Assembly (NCBI GenBank): GCA_043228905.1 | Contig: JBHGNT010000021.1 | Location: 7,192,001-7,256,000 of the forward strand | Reading direction: 5' to 3' | Length of the DNA stretch: 64,000 nt | Origin: Azolla caroliniana | Taxonomy: Eukaryota > Plantae > Polypodiophyta | Part shown: positions 54,439 through 64,000 of the stretch, piece by piece | How positions within the stretch are numbered: the first letter of the stretch is position 1 | Layout of the letters: each line of letters opens with the position of its first letter | Translations under genes and position numbers: made by a program | Notes under the pieces: model-generated | Seen by the model: the letters and a program-made list of their open reading frames with translations, nothing else | What the model was told of the DNA's origin: nothing | Databases searched by the model: none

Positions 54439-55578
54439 ATGGAAATTGTTAGCACTCAGGAATACCAATCTGTTTGCTCGGAGCTCCAATGCTTAAAGGA
54501 GAAATTTGTAGCACTAGAACAAGAAAATCACCGTTTGTTGGGGGATCTTCAACAAATAGCTCTGGAAAAACAACAACAACACGGGGAGCTGACGTTACAT
54601 GTGCAACAACTCGAAGCAACCATCGTAGCGATGCAACAACAAGGACCCAGAACACAAGGGATTCATAAAGAACCCAAGATCGGCCTTCCCATGAAATTCG
54701 ATGGAACGCGATCGCAGTTTAGAGGGTTCCTTAATCAGGCACGACTAGTTATTCAAATGCATCCTTCCCGATATCCCACCGATGCATCACGAGTGGGTTT
54801 AGTAGGCACGTTGTTAAGTGGCTCAACGTTGGCATGGTTCGCTCCTTTGTTAGAAAAAGAATCTCCATTACTAAACAATTTTGAAGAATTTATAAGTGAG
54901 TTTAAAGCTTGTTTTGGAGATACTGACAGCATAAGGACAATCAACAAAATCCGACGACTACGTCAAGGCAATCGTCTAGCCTCTGCATACGCTGCAGATT
55001 TTTGTCTACTGGCCTCCGATATCCCCTGGGATGATCAAGCGTTAATGGAGCAATTTCGTTATGGTCTACGTAATGATGTCAAAGATTTACTCTTGACCTT
55101 TCCCGAAGAACCAAAGTCATTAACAGAAGCAATCAGTCGTGCAGTGAGATGCGACAATCGCCTCTTCGAATGGCGTTCGGAACGTCAGTTCCAGATGCCA
55201 AGGGCAAGATCTGAGCCTACCTACGCCTCAGTGGTAGCGAAACTTTTTTCAAGGGAGTCATATAATGCGCCTCCAGTAAGTACTCCAACTCCGATGGAAA
55301 TTGACACTACATGTCGTCGTGGACCGCTATCGGAAGAAGAAAAGCAACGACGGCGAGCAAATCGACTATGTCTTTATTGCGGCGGACTAGGGCATACCGC
55401 GGTAAACTGTCCCCATAGGCCAAGAAGGCAAGTAAACAAAAAATTTGCTAGTTTTGATTGTACTAAACCCGAGTATATTTCAGTAGGGATATCTGATAGT
55501 CCTAATAGTACTAATAGCCCAAATCTAGCGAACAAATATGATGTCCTTAGTCAGTTAGAAGAAGAGTTAAACGACTAA
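54439..55578 (+). CDS. gag: Gag (sushi/PEG10-like capsid plus zinc knuckle), 379 aa
   Basis: Coiled-coil N-terminus, PMKFDGTRSQFRGFL, LRQG..YAADF and CLYCGGLGHTAVNCP. The frame is open. Confidence 0.93.
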   Translation: MEIVSTQEYQSVCSELQCLKEKFVALEQENHRLLGDLQQIALEKQQQHGELTLHVQQLEATIVAMQQQGPRTQGIHKEPKIGLPMKFDGTRSQFRGFLNQARLVIQMHPSRYPTDASRVGLVGTLLSGSTLAWFAPLLEKESPLLNNFEEFISEFKACFGDTDSIRTINKIRRLRQGNRLASAYAADFCLLASDIPWDDQALMEQFRYGLRNDVKDLLLTFPEEPKSLTEAISRAVRCDNRLFEWRSERQFQMPRARSEPTYASVVAKLFSRESYNAPPVSTPTPMEIDTTCRRGPLSEEEKQRRRANRLCLYCGGLGHTAVNCPHRPRRQVNKKFASFDCTKPEYISVGISDSPNSTNSPNLANKYDVLSQLEEELND

Positions 55579-58500
55579 GTCTAGCCAAAATAGGAGTCGT
55601 TTGGTTGGACAACCCTAGATTTGTGCAACCCATTAGTGGTTCCATTCCCTCTAAGCAACTTAGCAATGTGTTCGTGGCCCAAGTAATAGTTAGTAAAAGT
55701 ACCCCTCCAGTACATGTCTTAGCACTTCTAGATTTCGGAGCTAATTCTTGCTTCATGGATAGGAACTTTGCCCAAGCTCATCAGATATCTCTCAGAAAAC
55801 TCCCGTGTCCAGCCTCTATAGGTTTCATTGATGGTCGTCCCATTGCTTTCGAAAATATCATAGAAGAGTAAGAGCCCGTTAATATTGTCCTAGATAATCT
55901 AGCATGTGTAGTATCATTTAATATAATTAGCATCCCAGAACACCCCATTGTTTTAGGATTACCATGGTTCGAATTACATAACCCAGACATAGATTGGAGA
56001 ACAAGAGAAATCCGGTATCGAAAAACCCAAGGGTCTACTCATGAGATTGCAACCATTTTGCTACATCAGTTGCAAGAAGAAGGACGCAAGGAGGAAATGT
56101 TTCTCTTCGCAATATCAGTATAGCCCTCAGACACCATTAAAGGGGAGTCCACCGTTCAACTTCCAAAGAAGTATCATCATTATGCTGATGTGTTCGATAA
56201 AGTACAAGCCAATATGCTTCCTCACCATCGACCATATGATTGCCCCATCGATTTACAACCGGGGAAAGAGCCACCATGGGGACCGATCTACAATTTGTCA
56301 CCAACCAAGCTAGAAGTCTTGCGAGCCTATATAGAGGAGAATTTGGAAAATGGTTTCATTCGGCATTCGAAATCTCCAGCCGGCGCACCCATTTTCTTCG
56401 TCAAGAGAAAGGATGGATCACTTCGTCTCGTTGTAGATTACCGTGGCTTGAATAAGGTTACAATCAGAAATAGGTATGCACTTCCCCTTATCTCAAGCTT
56501 TTTAGAACGGATCAATGGTACCGTGCAAGGTTCTTCACGAAGTTCGACTTACGGGGAGCCTATAACCTCGTACGGATCCGACCAGGAGATGAATGGAAGA
56601 CCGCGTTTCACACCAGATATGGGCACTTCAAGTATACGGTCATGCCGTTCGGCCTCACTAATGCGCCAACAGTTTTCCAACACATGGCAAATGATATATT
56701 TCGAGATCTCTTGGATGTTTGTTTGATCATCTATTTGGATGATCTACTGGTTTATTCGAAGACCCAAGAAGAGCATGATTCTCATGTACTGTTAGTACTA
56801 AAACAACTTCGAGAACATGGTCTTTATGCAAAGCTAGAAAAATGTAGTTTTGGGTGCAACCAGGTGGAATTTCTGGGCTATGTCATTTCTTGGGAAGGCA
56901 TCTCCATGGACCCAGCTAAGGTCAAAATTGTGGTAGAGTGGCAGACTCCGCGTTCGGTGCGAGATGTGCAATGCTTTTTAGGCTTTGCCAATTTTTACCG
57001 GAAGTTCATACAGGATTACTCAAAGCTCGTTCTGCCTCTCACACAACTTACCAGGAAGGGACAATCATTCGTTTGGTCTGAAGAAGCGGACGTGGCTTTC
57101 GAGAGTCTTAAAAAGGCATTTACATCGGCTCCAATTCTAGCTCATGTCGATCCAGAAAAACCATTCATTATCGAAGCAAACGCATCGGATTTCGCATTGG
57201 GGAGCATTCTGTCACAATGGGGTAATGATGAGAAGCTACATCCTGTGGCTTTTCACTCACGCAAGTTTGACGCCGCCAAAATCGACTACGAAATTCATGA
57301 TAAGGAGCTATTGGCAATAGTAGACTCTTTTACGCAATGGAGGCATTTTCTAGAGGGATCCTCTCATCAAGTCGCCATATTCAGTGACCACAAAAACCTT
57401 GCCTACTTTCAGGACGCTCGTGTGTTAAATCGACGTCAAGCTCGGTGGGCCCACTTCCTCACGCGTTTCGACTTCAAAATTACACATCGTCTGGGGAAGC
57501 ACCAAGGGAAGGCAGATGCATTATCACGATGTTCATACCTAGCACCGCGTCCCGGCGAGCCAACTTTTGATAACCAAAAGCAAGTAATCTTGGGATCAAC
57601 ACGATTACAAGCAACACAGGTCTTTGGCATGCCCATGGATTCCCACGTTATCGATACTATACGTGAGGACTTGAAGACCGATGCTTTCGCCCAAGCCATT
57701 CTAGCGCAAATTGATCCCTCTCGAGCATCTTGTTCACAGTCACAACCACCAGGTACGGACTATCGGCAATTCAAATACCATGATGGATTACTATTCTTTA
57801 ATGAACTCTCGTATATTCCTAATGGTTCTTGCCACCTTCAAGTAGTCCAAAACTGTCATGACACATATACAATTGGGCATTTTGGTAGTACTAAAACATT
57901 AGATTTAGTACAACGATCATTCTGGTGGCCCCGTATGCGACAATTTGTCGAAGATTTTGTTCGGATTTGTGATATATGTTGCAGAGCGAAAATGCCAAGG
58001 CATCATTCATATGGTTTATTAGAACCATTACCCATTCCAAGCAAGCCATGGCAATCCATTGCTCTAGACTTCATCACAGATCTTCTAGTTTCAAAGGGGT
58101 TCAATGCGATTCTATCAGTCATAGATCGATATACGAAGATGGCTCATTTCTTGCCATGTACTAAGGAAATCTCCAGTGAAGAAACTGTTGAAATTGTCAT
58201 GCATGAAGTATGTCGGCATCATGGCCTTCCCAATAGTATCATCAACGATTGTGGACCCCAGTTCGTATCGAAATTTTGGAAGCACCTTTTTAAAATGTTC
58301 AAGGTCAATTGTAACCTCTCCTCCGGCTACCACCCACAAACCGATGGCCAAGCAGAACGAACAAATCAAACGCTAGAGCAGTATCTTCGGTGCTTTGTAA
58401 GCTATCATCAGGATGACTGGGCAAATATTCTCCACTTCGCCGATTTTGCCTATAATAACTTTGTCTACGCATCGACTAAAGTTACACCATTTTATGCTTA

Positions 58501-59066
58501 TATGGGTTGTCACCCCCGATGATGTGTATTTGAAACCCCAGAGTTGTCCACAAATCCTTGCGCAGAGGATCGTTTAGAGCGGTTATGCAAGATACAAGCC
58601 GATTTATCTACTCATCTCCAACAAGCTCAATAAACACACAAGGTTTATGCGGATCGTCATCAACTTCCATCCAGTTTTAACATTGGAGATCGGGTATGGC
58701 TACTACGACGACACATCAAGACTACTCGCCCATGCGAGAAATTGGATTATCGGCGATTAGGTCCTTTTTGTATTATAGGAAAGATTAATGATGTCGCTTT
58801 ACACAACCTCCACCCCCGATCGAGCTTGAAGATGGACCTGAGTACGAGGTTGCCACCATCCTTGATTCCAAGATTGTTCACAACAAGCCCTACTATCTAG
58901 TCGATTGGCTAGGACATAGTCCCAACGAGCGTACTTGGGAATCGATAGAGAATGAATGTGACCAATGCTCGTGCTCTTCTTGACGACTTCCATCGTCAAT
59001 ATCCAGACAAACCGGGTCCTCAATCCAAAACGACTCGTGACACTCATCGTTTTAAAGGGGGGATAG
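55566..59066 (+). pseudogene. pol: Chromovirus pol (PR, RT, RH, IN, chromodomain) with stops and frameshifts
   Basis: ALLDFGA protease, MPFGLTNAP and YLDD RT, YEIHDKELLAIV RH, integrase HHCC/DDE. Chromodomain EYEVATILDSK..YLVDWLGHSPNERTWE at about 58840-58950. Confidence 0.93.
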
Positions 59067-59071
59067 TGTCA

Positions 59072-59143
59072 TGATATGGCAAGACTCGAACCCATGACCT
59101 TATGCTACATGGGTCGAGCTCTTGACCATTAGACCACACATTA
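59072..59143 (-). promoter_or_regulatory. tRNA-derived Pol III A-box/B-box module in the chromovirus LTR (also at 53862-53933 and 12450-12521)
   Basis: A-box TGGTCTAATGG (59136-59126) and B-box GGTTCGAGTCT (59092-59082) at exact tRNA spacing. AGGTC variable loop and a 6/7 acceptor stem. The anticodon stem does not pair. Confidence 0.7.
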
Positions 59144-60218
59144 TAATATATAAAATATTATTTTCATTTATGTTTTATTATAGAAAATTGATGTATATTC
59201 CAGATTTCTCTGGAACATTCTAGAAACTTCAGGAGTACTCCTGAGAACACTATAAAAGGAGGCGCAAGGCATTATTTCGAACCAAATCGGTTCAACGCCA
59301 ATCTTAAGCCTCCTAGCTACTATTGTATACTCTCTTCACATAATATATATCTTTTATAATCATTCTCTCACCCTTTCTCTCTCTCTCTCTCTCTCTCTCT
59401 CGCTCACTCTTTCCTTCTCTCGAGAATTCTACACCTCTCTTAGTACTAATCCTCATCTTTTAGTACTAATTCCTTCTCTGTCTTAGTACTGATCCTGACA
59501 GGATCCGATTCTCTTCTACTGTGACAACATGAGTAGTATTCACCTCACTCGGAACCCAGTCTTCCATCCTCGAACAAAGTACATCGAAGTGCACTATCAC
59601 TTCATTTGAGAGCATGTTTTGGTCGGGGATGTTGACCTACAACACATCAACACAAACATGCAAACGACCGACATCTTCATTGAGGCCCTGGGAGTCGATA
59701 GGTTGTGACAATTCACGACTGGCCTGGGTTTTCTAACCATCGACCAACCGAACTTGAGGGGGAGTAGTAGGACTACACCCGGCCATTTGAAGCCAAAGCC
59801 GAAGCCGCCGTAGTCGCCGTAGTCGTCTAGTCGTCACATAAAGATGGCTCGAAGATCAATCCGAACCAATCATCCAGAAGCCGAAGCCGGAAGTTGTGTT
59901 TGAAGGGGCGTGTTGAGAATCAAACTCAACTTCCCGTGAGTGGTAACACACTCTAGGATACTCAAGTGTGTGAACACCCCACCTCATTGTATAGTAACTA
60001 GTGTGTCATAGAAGTTAATGTCCTATGACACATATTCCTTAGGTAGTTAAGACACGACCTCTTTCCCAAGAGGTTGTACTGGTGAGAGAACTTAGAGAGA
60101 AGGTGACTACATAAGCACCTTCTCCCTCTCTTTTTAATTGTTGGTCATTCTTGCATCCTCGTAATACAGTTTTCTGATTTTTTTGTAATCATGAGCTCTC
60201 TCTCTCTCGCTACACACG

Positions 60219-60258
<40 letters not shown>

Positions 60259-61426
60259 TCTTCCCTTGCACAAAATCCATCCGATTCTTTACAAATTTAC
60301 CCAAGGTATTACAATTGCAACTACTCGCAACATGCTTGCATATTACACACGGTACATGGTTTGGGAATAATCATAACCATTACTCGTGTTATGACAATAC
60401 GTGGCACATTTCTCCACATTCAATGCTCCTTTTAGTTTGTAGATGCACGAGGGGCCAAATAATGTTGACATGACTAGGTTCAATGTATTAGCTATGTTTC
60501 TTTCTTTTGGGTCAGCTTACCACATAAAAAAAAATGAAACATTTAGCTCGAAAAAGGACGAGGATTTCAACATCAACTAACAACCCGTCGTGTGCATGGA
60601 AACTCCATTCATTTGCTACCCAATTGTGTGCATGGCTCCTTCAATTTCCTGCTAAAGTCGGATTAATGAATTCCCTCCAGCCCCAGAGCTCCTTTAAAAA
60701 AAAAACCATTTAGCCAATGAAAATGGCCTCCAATGATCGGTAGGCAGGCGACATGTATCCAAAAGAGCTATCCCTTCCACATGTGAACCGAATCCGGCCT
60801 CGTTTTTTTGCCCCTGTCTTCTTTTTGGTTTGGTTTGTTTCAAGGCAGAAGAGTGTGGATGGAGAGTGGCTAGGCAGGTGAAACACGGTATAGTTCTTCT
60901 TCGGGCAAAACCATCTCTCAATTTCTTCCTTTCTATGGCCGCATGCCGGAAAATGTCTCTCAGCCGAAGAAGTAAAAACCACACACCCCCATCTAAATCT
61001 CTTTGTTTTACTTACATATTTACATACATCATTGTATGAACCATACGCACCATACACGCATTCGCATTCGCATTCGAGAATGTTTCAATCATTCAAGTAT
61101 AATAAACACTGTCGAAGTATGGTAAATACATACTATACTTTTGTATTCATTGCTTATTATAAGGTAAATTTATTTTTTTTAAGGTAAAAAAGTTAAAAGT
61201 AAAAAGTGTCAAAAGAAAACACACACACACACACACAAAGAATGTTTTGATAACATACGCATTCGTATAAAAAAGAGAATGTTTGCCAATGCATTCGAGT
61301 ATATTAAGTTGACATATGTCTCTCTCTTTTTTTGATCTCTATTTCTATCCTTTCCACTTTATTTTGCGTTCTTTTTCTTTGCCTGCAGTTTTTCCTTCTT
61401 TGATTTCTATCTTTTCCGGTCCCGCC

Positions 61427-61716
61427 ATGGCTTCTCCCGTAGCTCTGCTCCACGGCCTCCTGTTCCTCCTTCTCCTTCTCGCCCCCCCCTCCGCCTCCAT
61501 TCCCATTCCTTCTCGCTACGATGGATTCGTCTTCAGACCTTCTTCTTCTTCTTCTTCTTCTTCGTCATCATCGTCTTTCTCTTCCGCTACCGTCTTGCTC
61601 GAGGCTTTCTTTGATCCCCTCTGCTCCGACACTGCCGATGCGTGGCCTGTTGTCAAGGAAGTTGCTGAGTATTACGCCGATAATTTGACATTGATCGTTC
61701 ATCCATTCCCTCTTCC
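61427..61716 (+). CDS. First exon of a secreted thioredoxin-fold (DsbA-like) plant protein; later exons not found in the window
   Basis: Signal peptide, IPSRYDGFVF, poly-Ser, then LLEAFFDPLCSDTADAWP..LIVHPFPLP, ending at a CC|GTGAGT donor. Confidence 0.85.
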
Positions 61717-61819
61717 GTGAGTGCGCACACAACTCTCTTTTCTTCTTCTGACAGATTGATGAATATTGTTGTTTAAGATTCGCAATTATAAATGATCCGA
61801 ATTTTTTATTTGCCTAATC

Positions 61820-62545
61820 TATTTTTTCTCCCAAATCAGTGCTCAAAGTTGCACTTCAAAGATGATTTGAAATCAAGACTTTTTTGAGTATATATTTTCC
61901 CCACCTTAAATCAGCATGAAAATATTGCATTTGAAGATGATATGAACTAAAGTTTCAAGGGTTTGTTACAAATCAACTTTTTCACGTGCATTTTAAGTTT
62001 ATCATAAATAAAAAAGATTAGACGATTTTGTTCCCATTTCACATATTTTGTTTTTCCAAATCAGCATTTAAAAGCTGCATTTGGACATATAAAAATTAAA
62101 TTATTTTTTTTCTATATTTCCCCAAACCAGCATTTAAACCTTGCATTTGAAGATGATATGAAATCTGGATTTGTTTTTGGTGTACTTTTTTCCTTCTCTA
62201 AATCAGCGTTTTAAAACTGTGTTTGAAGATGATATAAATATCAAGATTTTCAAGATTCTTTTGCATACATTTTCAAATCATCTGAAATCAAGATTTTTTG
62301 CGTTTTTTTGGACTACTTCTCATTATTGGTCACATATATTCTTCTTTTCGGTTTGATATATTGAATCTTTTTGCAGAATTTTGCGCTGATCTAGAATTAA
62401 CTTTTAAGGATGTATTTTTAAATATATATTTTTATTGTTTCAACGGGTTGAAATGTTTCTCAAATATGTATTCAAAGTTCATCTGAAATCAAGACTTTCA
62501 AGATGGATGTGAATCCCCTGTTTTCCCCATTTTAAAAGTTGTTTA
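61820..62545. repeat. Degenerate AT-rich intronic repeat
   Basis: CCAAATCAGCATTTAAAAGTTGCATTTGAAGATGATATGAAATCAAGA-like block recurs several times at irregular spacing of roughly 70-150 bp. Confidence 0.65.
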
Positions 62546-64000
62546 AAGCCATCGTCATGTGAGATTTCTCTCTATCCCTCCATCAATGCATGTGAACATA
62601 CTTGAAAGGATGAGAATGTGATTAGACACTTTGAACATGATCTAAATCAAGAATGATGATAGCCATATTGGTACTATGGCAGTTGTTGCATTCTATTTTT
62701 GAGAGAGAGAGATTAATGTCTTTTAAAAGGCCAAAATGGCCTATAAGACTAACAAGAGATTACGGCTTAAGTGTTGTTTTGTCTTTGAGAACAACAAAAC
62801 AAAATAAATGCTACTAAGTAAAAATAAAAGTAAATAAGATAAAAATAGACTAAAGATTCTTGTTATTGGTATATGTAAGATTCTCAAGCCAATATATATT
62901 GTAATTTTTGTCTTTGAAAGATCTCTACCATAGGTCGATCCATTATGGAGAGGTCTCCGAAGCGATGAAAGCACCTACGATGGCGGGAGATAATGGCCTT
63001 TATTTGTTGATGACAAGGGTGGTGAGATCGTGGTCCATGAGGCTAGGGGCTACATGTACGACAAATTTCTATTGCCCGATCTAATTGTAACCCCTTCATT
63101 ATATCTTTGTTGAGAGCCCATTGGTTGAATGTGTGGAACGTATAGGCAAATGTGATCAAAGGTAGAGCATTGTATCAAAGTGTGATACTCTGACTCCTGA
63201 GCTTGTTTAGGGAAAAGTGTGCATAGTCTCCTACTTACATACCTTGTGCCCCAATGCCCTGTCTCACATTGTAGTGAGTTGAGTGAAGTTGTATGGAAGC
63301 AATGGTTCGGATGGTAGACAATGGGATGGGCTCATACATGTATTGATGTGCACAATTTCCCCGTCCAGTGAAGGATATGATTTTGTAGTTAGATGCACAT
63401 ATGAAGTATAATGTGTGAAACGTGAACCTCCACAAATTTCCCATGTCGAGATACATTTGTGTTGCAAAAAGGTCTCCTTCATATAGGAATTTATTGATGC
63501 ATCATGAAGCAAGTGTGTTGCATCTCATCTCCCTAACCAATTTTCTATATCTTGCATCCAACTAGAACACACAATTTTGCTTTGGTGTGTCTTTTGGATA
63601 TTTTTGCTTGCTTCCCATGCGATTCTAGGAAGTTGATGTGAGGGACTTTTTTGAACCTTAAGCATGTATTTGACAACCTTTCCCATGGCCATGATCTTAA
63701 TGGGTGGTGATCCTATCTCAAGATGTAGGGAGGTTTATGGTGTTTATTTCTTGACTTGGAGAAACTTTGTAAGAAAATGCTTTTGGACTTTTTAAAACTC
63801 TTTCCAAGTAGACTTAGGGATGCTACTGCCCCATACTTCCACCCTGTAGAGAAGCACTAGTGTCACCAAAGTGTCAAAAAGGTATTTCTCGAGGACCTAA
63901 CCTTTAAATCCTCCGCCACGGCATGTGTTCTCAAGTGCATAATATGCTCTCTTTCTTGTTCTATGCGATGGTAGGACATCCATTCTATCTATGATTTGAG

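Larger units (their letters stand above)
53857..59500 (+). mobile_element. Full-length chromoviral Ty3/gypsy element (Tcn1/Tf1-sushi-like), pol decayed
   Basis: LTRs at 53857-54282 and 59067-59500. TSD AGATC/GGATC. Non-tRNA PBS at 54285-54296 and PPT AAAGGGGGGATAG at 59054-59066. Domain order gag-PR-RT-RH-IN-chromodomain. Confidence 0.96.
50256..60293 (+). mobile_element. Decayed Ty1/copia element G carrying a nested chromovirus
   Basis: LTRs at 50256 to about 50640 (3' end, PBS and most of gag deleted) and 59911-60293. TSD AATTT (50251-50255, 60294-60298). PR/IN/RT/RH remnants at 50641-53856, with RH resuming at 59501 (VPIK|DPILFYCDN). Confidence 0.95.

Noticed and set aside
59072-59143. 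Functional tRNA gene in the LTR
   Set aside because: The anticodon stem does not pair and the T-stem is degenerate. It is reported as a tRNA-derived module instead.
62740-64000. Possible minus-strand gypsy remnant, or a second exon of the thioredoxin-fold gene
   Set aside because: Only faint similarity. The expected exon continuing after FPLP was not found.

Overview
Land-plant nuclear DNA, probably a non-seed plant such as a fern or lycophyte (inferred from a self-priming Tcn1-type chromovirus). Positions 1-23.9 kb are a deep nest of transposons. A young intact Ty1/copia (2232-7751) lies in the 3' LTR of a Ty3/gypsy, inside a second gypsy LTR, inside a copia gag, inside a third gypsy-type element, inside a decayed TIR (hAT-like) element, inside the 5' LTR of another copia. 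A further copia (12047-18203) sits in the same TIR element. Positions 24-44 kb are a gene island with a glutamate dehydrogenase pseudogene, a spliced J-domain (DnaJ) gene missed by the ORF track, a conserved uncharacterised plant gene, a MULE-type MITE and an 8-exon GH9 endoglucanase. At 50.2-60.3 kb a decayed copia contains a full-length chromoviral gypsy (53857-59500). The first exon of a secreted thioredoxin-fold gene starts at 61427. The most unusual signal is in the chromovirus. It primes from its own transcript rather than from a tRNA, yet each of its three LTR copies begins with an antisense tRNA-derived Pol III A/B-box module remodelled into a long hairpin. All calls were made by eye, without database searches.
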